A stretch of 64,000 nt of DNA from Cyanophora paradoxa CCMP329 (Eukaryota > Plantae > Glaucophyta), in contig QPMI01000423.1 of NCBI GenBank assembly GCA_004431415.1, positions 186,001 through 250,000 of the forward strand. The letters run 5' to 3'. How positions within the stretch are numbered: the stretch's first letter is position 1; every line of letters begins with the position of its first letter. Under the pieces are notes generated by a model. The model searched no databases and had not been told where the DNA came from. It saw nothing but the letters and a program-made list of their open reading frames with translations. A program made the translations under genes and the position numbers. This document shows, one piece after another, positions 56,486 to 64,000 of this stretch.

Positions 56486-57881
56486 TATAAGGTGAGCCGG
56501 GGCCGCCGGGCGCGACACAGAAGAATCGCCTCGAGGGAGTGAGGGGGGCACCTGAGAATGATGGGCCCGCGGAACCACGCCCGTCCTCCACAGGGCGGGC
56601 CCCGCGCCTGCATCCGAGCCCTAAGAAACAACATCTATTACATTGGGATTCAGTTTATGTAAGGTGAGCCGGGGCCGCCGGGCGCGACACAGAAGAATCG
56701 CCTCGAGGGAGTGAGGGGGGCACCTGAGAATGATGGGCCCGCGGAACCACGCCCGTCCTCCACAGGGCGGGCCCCGCGCCTGCATCCGAGCCCTGAGAAA
56801 CAACATCTATTACATTGGGATTCAGTTTATGTAAGGTGAGCCGGGGCCGCCGGGCGCGACACAGAAGAATCGCCTCGAGGGAGTGAGGGGGGCACCTGAG
56901 AATGATGGGCCCGCGGAACCACGCCCGTCCTCCACAGGGCGGGCCCCGCGCCTGCATCCGAGCCCTGAGAAACAACATCTATTACATTGGGATTCAGTTT
57001 ATGTAAGGTGAGCCGGGGCCGCCGGGCGCGACACAGAAGAATCGCCTCGAGGGAGTGAGGGGGGCACCTGAGAATGATGGGCCCGCGGAACCACGCCCGT
57101 CCTCCACAGGGCGGGCCCCGCGCCTGCATCCGAGCCCTGAGAAACAACATCTATTACATTGGGATTCAGTTTATATAAGGTGAGCCGGGGCCGCCGGGCG
57201 CGACACAGAAGAATCGCCTCGAGGAGTGAGGGGGGCACCTGAGAATGATGGGCCCGCGGAACCACGCCCGTCCTTCCCAGGGCGGGCCCCGCGCCTGCAT
57301 CCGAGCCCTGAGAAACAACATCTATTACATTGGGATTCAGTTTATATAAGGTGAGCCGGGTCCGCCGGGCGCGACACAGAAGAATCGCCTCGAGGGAGTG
57401 AGGGGGGCACCTGAGAATGATGGGCCCGCGGAACCACGCCCGTCCTTCCCAGGGCGGGCCCCGCGCCTGCATCCGAGCCCTGAGAAACAACATCTATTAC
57501 ATTGGGATTCAGTTTATATAAGGTGAGCCGGGTCCGCCGGGCGCGACACAGAAGAATCGCCTCGAGGGAGTGAGGGGGGCACCTGAGAATGATGGGCCCG
57601 CGGAACCACGCCCGTCCTTCCCAGGGCGGGCCCCGCGCCTGCATCCGAGCCCTGAGAAACAACATCTATTACATTGGGATTCAGTTTATGTAAGGTGAGC
57701 CGGGGCCGCCGGGCGCGACACAGAAGAATCGCCTCGAGGGAGTGAGGGGGGCACCTGAGAATGATGGGCCCGCGGAACCACGCCCGTCCTCCACAGGGCG
57801 GGCCCCGCGCCTGCATCCGAGCCCTGAGAAACAACATCTATTACATTGGGATTCAGTTTATATAAGGTGAGCCGGGGCCGC
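56486..57881 (+). repeat. 172-bp satellite, ~8 nearly identical copies
   Basis: AAACAACATCTATTACATTGGGATTCAGTTTAT recurs every 172 bp; ORF-track calls repeat at the same period. Confidence 0.95.
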
Positions 57882-59088
57882 CTGTGCCGCGCGCCTGGGT
57901 GCCGCGCCTTCGCCGGGGCCCCTTGGTTGATGGTCACGCCGATCAATCGCGACACAGAGCGAGCCAGCAGAGCTTCATCTCGATATAAATGAGTGACATT
58001 TCGAAAGAATAGTATCTTAAGCGTGTGTGCACCGATTTTCGCGGCGAGCGCGAACGTTCCGGGCGATCCACGTTATCATGAGTCTTTGGACCCGAGCACT
58101 AGTCCTGACTTATCCACGTTCATCATCAATTCTACTTCAACATCGATCAGCGCTGCTCATCGTCCGGAACGTTCGGCGAAGCTTGGTATTTGAATACAAA
58201 TGAAGTATTTAGACCACGTACATCTTGATCACAAAGCGGGAAGTCGCTGGGAGTACTGCGTCTTTGATCATGAGCAGCCGGGCAAGCTCGAGCCGCAGGC
58301 TTCCCCCCCGTGCGCGCGGGCCCGGCCCATTACGCTTGAGTGAAAACCCGGTGCTTGTGCGGGTTTACCATCCGTCTGAGGTCTGAGCAAGGTCCGCGGC
58401 CCGACCGCCGCAGCGGTACGCCGTGATAACCGGAGGGCACCTAGGCGTACTTCGCTGCGTGCCGCGGGTGGAGCTCTGAGCGGGGCGCGTCCAGAGGGCG
58501 CACATACGTCTTAAAGAAGGAAAACATGCGAATGCCAGCAGCTAAAGTCGCCTCGGCCAAGCCGGCGCCGCGGCGCGCGCGGCAGCACGCTGCGGCAGCG
58601 CGGCATCGCGAGACTAGTACAGTACTGCGGTGCTCGCCGCCCGCCGCGCCTCCCGCGCCGCCCGGCGAGATGCCCCGCCGCCCGCCGCGCCTCCGCCCCG
58701 CCCGCTCCGCCGCGTGCGGCGAGCCTCGTCGCCGCCCGCCGCGCCTCCCGCGCCGCCGGCGAGCCGCAGCGCCGCTTGCCGCGCCTCTGCCCCGTCCGGT
58801 GAGCTTCGTCGCCGCCCGCCGCGCATGCCGCGCCGCCCGGCGAGCTGCAGCGCCGCTTGTCGCGCTTCTGCCCCGCCCGGTGTGCTTCGCCGCCGCCCGC
58901 CGCGCCTCCGCCGCGTGCGGCGAGCCTCGCCGCCGCCCGCCGCTCCTCCGCCGCGTGCGGCGAGCCTCGCCGCCGCCCGCCGCGCCTCCGCCACGCCGCA
59001 CGACATCTGCAAAAAGTCTCGCACGGAGTACTCAGGCCGCAGTACTGAGAGCTTTTGTTGCATGTTTGTTGCACTCAGCGACACGAAC

Positions 59089-61893
59089 CGGCTGGTGGGG
59101 AGCGCGGCCCGGGGCTCGCACCAGGGGTACAGCGTTCAGGGGGCGGCGGGGGCAGGGGGTGGGGCCCTGCGCGCGCAGCGGTCAGAGCCAGGCCATATTT
59201 AGAAACTCTATCCGTCGACGCGCGCTTGTAGGGCCCTCGCCGGGCCATCGGCTGGTGGGGAGCGCGGCCCGGGGCTCGCACCAGGGGTACAGCGTTCAGG
59301 GGGCGGCGGGGGCAGGGGGTGGGGCCCTGCGCGCGCAGCGGTCAGAGCCAGGCCATATTTAGAAACTCTATCCGTCGACGCGCGCTTGTAGTGCCCTCGC
59401 CGGGCCATCGGCTGGTGGGGAGCGCGGCCCGGGGCTCGCACCAGGGGTACAGCGTTCAGGGGGCGGCGGGGGCAGGGGGTGGGGCCCTGCGCGCGCAGCG
59501 GTCAGAGCCAGGCCATATTTAGAATCTCTATCCGTCGACGCGCGCTTGTAGGGCCCTTGCGGGGCCATCGGCTGGTGGGGAGCGCGGCCCGGGGCTCGCA
59601 CCAGGGGTACAGCGTTCAGGGGGCGGCGGGGGCAGGGGGTGGGGCCCTGCGCGCGCAGCGGTCAGAGCCAGGCCATATTTAGAAACTCTATCCGTCGACG
59701 CGCGCTTGTAGTGCCCTCACCGGGCCATCGGCTGGTGGGGAGCGCGGCCCGGGGCTCGCACCAGGGGTACAGCGTTCAGGGGGCGGCGGGGGCAGGGGGT
59801 GGGGCCCTGCGCGCGCAGCGGTCAGAGCCAGGCCATATTTAGAAACTCTATCCGTCGACGCGCGCTTGTAGTGCCCTCGCCGGGCCATCGGCTGGTGGGG
59901 AGCGCGGCCCGGGGCTCGCACCAGGGGTACAGCGTTCAGGGGGCGGCGGGGGCAGGGGGTGGGGCCCTGCGCGCGCAGCGGTCAGAGCCAGGCCATATTT
60001 AGAAACTCTATCCGTCGACGCGCGCTTGTAGGGCCCTTGCGGGGCCATCGGCTGGTGGGGAGCGCGGCCCGGGGCTCGCACCAGGGGTACAGCGTTCAGG
60101 GGGCGGCGGGGGCAGGGGGTGGGGCCCTGCGCGCGCAGCGGTCAGAGCCAGGCCATATTTAGAAACTCTATCCGTCGACGCGCGCTTGTAGGGCCCTCGC
60201 CGGGCCATCGGCTGGTGGGGAGCGCGGCCCGGGGCTCGCACCAGGGGTACAGCGTTCAGGGGGCGGCGGGGGCAGGGGGTGGGGCCCTGCGCGCGCAGCG
60301 GTCAGAGCCAGGCCATATTTAGAATCTTTATCCGTCGACGCGCGCTTGTAGTGCCCTCGCCGGGCCATCGGCTGGTGGGGAGCGCGGCCCGGGGCTCGCA
60401 CCAGGGGTACAGCGTTCAGGGGCGGCGGGGGCAGGGGGTGGGCCCTGCGCGCGCAGCGGTCAGAGCCAGGCCATATTTAGAATCTCTATCCGTCGACGCG
60501 CGCTTGTAGGGCCCTCGCCGGGCCATCGGCTGGTGGGGAGCGCGGCCCGGGGCTCGCACCAGGGGTACAGCGTTCAGGGGGCGGCGGGGGCAGGGGGTGG
60601 GGCCCTGCGCGCGCAGCAGTCAGAGCCAGGCCATATTTAGAAACTCTATCCGTCGACGCGCGCTTGTAGTGCCCTCGCCGGGCCATCGGCTGGTGGGGAG
60701 CGCGGCCCGGGGCTCGCACCAGGGGTACAGCGTTCAGGGGGCGGCGGGGCAGGGGTGGGGCCCTGCGCGCGCAGCGGTCAGAGCCAGGCCATATTTAGAA
60801 ACTCTATCCGTCGACGCGCGCTTGTAGGGCCCTTGCGGGGCCATCGGCTGGTGGGGAGCGCGGCCCGGGGCTCGCACCAGGGGTACAGCGTTCAGGGGCG
60901 GCGGGGCAGGGGGTGGGGCCCTGCGCGCGCAGCGGTCAGAGCCAGGCCATATTTAGAAACTCTATCCGTCGACGCGCGCTTGTAGGGCCCTCGCCGGGCC
61001 ATCGGCTGGTGGGGAGCGCGGCCCGGGGCTCGCACCAGGGGTACAGCGTTCAGGGGGCGGCGGGGGCAGGGGGTGGGGCCCTGCGCGCGCAGCGGTCAGA
61101 GCCAGGCCATATTTAGAATCTTTATCCGTCGACGCGCGCTTGTAGTGCCCTCGCCGGGCCATCGGCTGGTGGGGAGCGCGGCCCGGGGCTCGCACCAGGG
61201 GTACAGCGTTCAGGGGGCGGCGGGGGCAGGGGGTGGGGCCCTGCGCGCGCAGCGGTCAGAGCCAGGCCATATTTAGAATCTCTATCCGTCGACGCGCGCT
61301 TGTAGGGCCCTCGCCGGGCCATCGGCTGGTGGGGAGCGCGGCCCGGGGCTCGCACCAGGGGTACAGCGTTCAGGGGGCGGCGGGGGCAGGGGGTGGGGCC
61401 CTGCGCGCGCAGCAGTCAGAGCCAGGCCATATTTAGAAACTCTATCCGTCGACGCGCGCTTGTAGGGCCCTTGCGGGGCCATCGGCTGGTGGGGAGCGCG
61501 GCCCGGGGCTCGCACCAGGGGTACAGCGTTCAGGGGGCGGCGGGGGCAGGGGGTGGGGCCCTGCGCGCGCAGCGGTCAGAGCCAGGCCATATTTAGAAAC
61601 TCTATCCGTCGACGCGCGCTTGTAGGGCCCTTGCGGGGCCATCGGCTGGTGGGGAGCGCGGCCCGGGGCTCGCACCAGGGGTACAGCGTTCAGGGGGCGG
61701 CGGGGCAGGGGGTGGGGCCCTGCGCGCGCAGCAGTCAGAGCCAGGCCATATTTAGAATCTCTATCCGTCGACGCGCGCTTGTAGGGCCCTTGCGGGGCCA
61801 TCGGCTGGTGGGGAGCGCGGCCCGGGGCTCGCACCAGGGGTACAGCGTTCAGGGGGCGGGGGGGGCAGGGGGTGGGGCCCTGCGCGCGCAGCG
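59089..61893 (+). repeat. 160-bp satellite, ~17.5 copies
   Basis: GCCATATTTAGAAACTCTATCCGTCGACG recurs every ~160 bp. Confidence 0.95.
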
Positions 61894-64000
61894 GCCGCCC
61901 GCCGCCCGCCGCCCCGGCGGGTCCGAAGAATGCGGGCACGGCGCTCGTGGCCTGCGGCGAGGGCGTCAGCAAGCGATCGGGCGGCCGGCGCCCGCCCCCA
62001 GGCCCGGCGCGGCCGCACCAGCAAGTGATGGTGCCCCCAGGTGGTGCGGGGCGGGCCGCTGGCGGCCCAGCGGCGCTGCTGCGGGCGGGGCCGGGGCGCG
62101 ATCAAATCGGGGGCGCGGGGCGGCGGGCGGCAGGGGAGCGGCGTAGCGGGGCGGCGAACCCCGCGCAGGCGAGCTGGGTCCACGAGAGGTGCGGGGCGGG
62201 CCGCGGGCGGCCCAGCGGCGCTGCTGCGGGCGGGGCCGGGGCGCGATCAAATCGGGGCGCGGGGCGGCGGGCGGCAGGGGAGCGGCGTAGCGGGGCGGCG
62301 AACCCGGCGCAGGCGAGCTGAATCCACAAGAGGTGCGGGGCGGGCCGCGGGCGGCCCAGCGGCGCTGCTGCGGGCGGGGCCGGGGCGCGATCAAATTGGG
62401 GGCGCGGGGCGGCGGGCGGCAGGGGAGCGGCGTAGCGGGGCGGCGAACCCCGCGCAGGCGAGCTGGGTCCACGAGAGGTGCGGGCGGGCCGCGGGCGGCC
62501 CAGCGGCGCTGCTGCGGGCGGGGCCGGGGCGCGATCAAATCGGGGGCGCGGGGCGGCGGGCGGCAGGGGAGCGGCGTAGCGGGGCGGCGAACCCCGCGCA
62601 GGCGAGCTGGGTCCACGAGAGGTGCGGGGCGGGCCGCGGGCGGCCCAGCGGCGCTGCTGCGAGCGGGGCCGGCGCGCGATCAAATCGGGGGCGCGGGCGG
62701 CGGGCGGCAGGGGAGCGGCGTAGCGGGGCGGCGAACCCCGCGCAGGCGAGCTGGGTCGGCGGCAGGTGCGGAGCGGGCCGCGGGCGGCCCAGCGGCGCTG
62801 CTGCGGGCGGGGCCGGGGCGCGATCAAATCGGGGGCGCGGGGCGGCGGGCGGCAGGGGAGCGGCGTAGCGGGGCGGCGAACCCCGCGCAGGCGAGCTGGG
62901 TCCACGAGAGGTGCGGGGCGGGCCGCGGGCGGCCCAGCGGCGCTGCTGCGGGCGGGGCCGGGGCGCGATCAAATCGGGGGCGCGGGGCGGCGGGCGGCAG
63001 GGGAGCGGCGTAGCGGGCGGCGAACCCGGCGCAGGCGAGCTGAATCCACAAGAGGTGCGGGGCGGGCCGCGGGCGGCCCAGCGGCGCTGCTGCGGGCGGG
63101 CCGGGCGCGATCAAATTGGGGCGCGGGGCGGCGGGCGGCAGGGGAGCGGCGTAGCGGGGCGGCGAACCCGGCGCAGGCGAGCTGGGTCCACGAGAGGTGC
63201 GGGGCGGGCCGCGGGCGGCCCAGCGGCGCTGCTGCGGGCGGGGCCGGGGCGCGATCAAATCGGGGCGCGGGGCGGCGGCGGCAGGGAGCGGCGTAGCGGG
63301 GCGGCGAACCCGCGCAGGCGAGCTGGGTCCACGAGAGGTGCGGGGCGGCCGCGGGCGCCCAGCGGCGCTGCTGCGAGCGGGCCGGCGCGCGATCAATCGG
63401 GGCGCGGGCGGCGGGCGGCAGGGGAGCGGCGTAGCGGGGCGGCGAACCCGGCGAAGGCGAGCTGGGTCGGCGGCAGGTGCGGGGCGGGCCGCGGGCGGCC
63501 CAGCGGCGCTGCTGCGGGCGGGGCCGGGGCGCGATCAAATCGGGGGCGCGGGCGGCGGGCGGCAGGGAGCGGCGTAGCGGGGCGGCGAACCCGCGCAGGC
63601 GAGCTGGGTCGGCGGCAGGTGCGGGCGGGCCGCGGCGGCCCAGCGGCGCTGCTGCGGGCGGGCCGGGCGCGATCAAATCGGGGCGGGGGCGGCGGGCGGC
63701 AGGGGAGCGGCGTAGCGGGGCGGCGAACCCCGCGCAGGCGAGCTGGGTCGACGGCAGGTGCGGGGCGGGCCGCGGGCGGCCCAGCGGCGCTGCTGCGGGC
63801 GGGGCCGGGGCGCGATCAAATCGGGGCGCGGGGCGGCGGGCGGCAGGGGAGCGGCGTAGCGGGGCGGCGAACCCGGCGAAGGCGAGCTGGGTCGGCGGCA
63901 GGTGCGGGGCGGGCCGCGGGCGGCCCAGCGGCGCTGCTGCGGGCGGGGCCGGGGCGCGATCAAATCGGGGGCGCGGGGCGGCGGGCGGCAGGGAGCGGCG
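61891..64000 (-). repeat. Inverted copy of the 52-54.4 kb arm (partial ~215-bp unit, then ~145-bp satellite to the window end)
   Basis: 61891-62045 is the reverse complement of ~54245-54400, followed by CCGGGGCGCGATCAAATC units. Confidence 0.93.

Noticed and set aside
55960-58260. Possible transposase remnants in the unique spacers of the satellite block
   Set aside because: No sustained reading frame or catalytic motif seen.
58620-59047. 11-bp inverted repeat CAGTACTGCGG as transposon ends
   Set aside because: Short, partly self-palindromic, no matching TSD.
56486-61893. CRISPR-like appearance of regularly spaced repeats
   Set aside because: Whole units repeat, there are no unique spacers or cas genes, and the context is eukaryotic.
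51798-63963. Long ORFs across the satellites
   Set aside because: Artefacts of GC-rich tandem repeats.

Overview
The window has two parts. (1) Positions 1 to ~20,450 are an AT-rich, intron-less, gene-dense segment that reads as the right part of an endogenous Polinton/Maverick-like DNA virus; its left part, and presumably the capsid and ATPase genes, lie upstream of the window. It encodes a TVpol(PolA-like)-SF3 helicase fusion followed by an iteron-type origin, and a protein-primed PolB whose proofreading exonuclease looks decayed. It also encodes two paralogous fibre-like proteins (one broken by a 61-bp templated insertion), a 2009-aa modular fibre with an S74 chaperone, a patatin-discoidin fusion, an rve integrase and a bacterial-type SAM decarboxylase, and it ends in a repeat-rich terminal region. 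(2) Positions ~20,450-64,000 are very GC-rich eukaryotic host DNA with many short introns (protist/alga-like; species not determinable here). This part holds a ~1.1-1.4 kb repeat family carrying a CACTG-ended transposon, an Mx/dynamin-like gene lacking a visible P-loop exon, a hypothetical SAM-domain gene, a PPR gene head-to-head with an AP-1/2 beta-adaptin gene, a MITE, and a >12 kb block of 145/172/160-bp satellites arranged as a large inverted repeat. Most ORF-track calls beyond 20.4 kb are GC/repeat artefacts. All family assignments come from motif recognition by eye; no database search was run.
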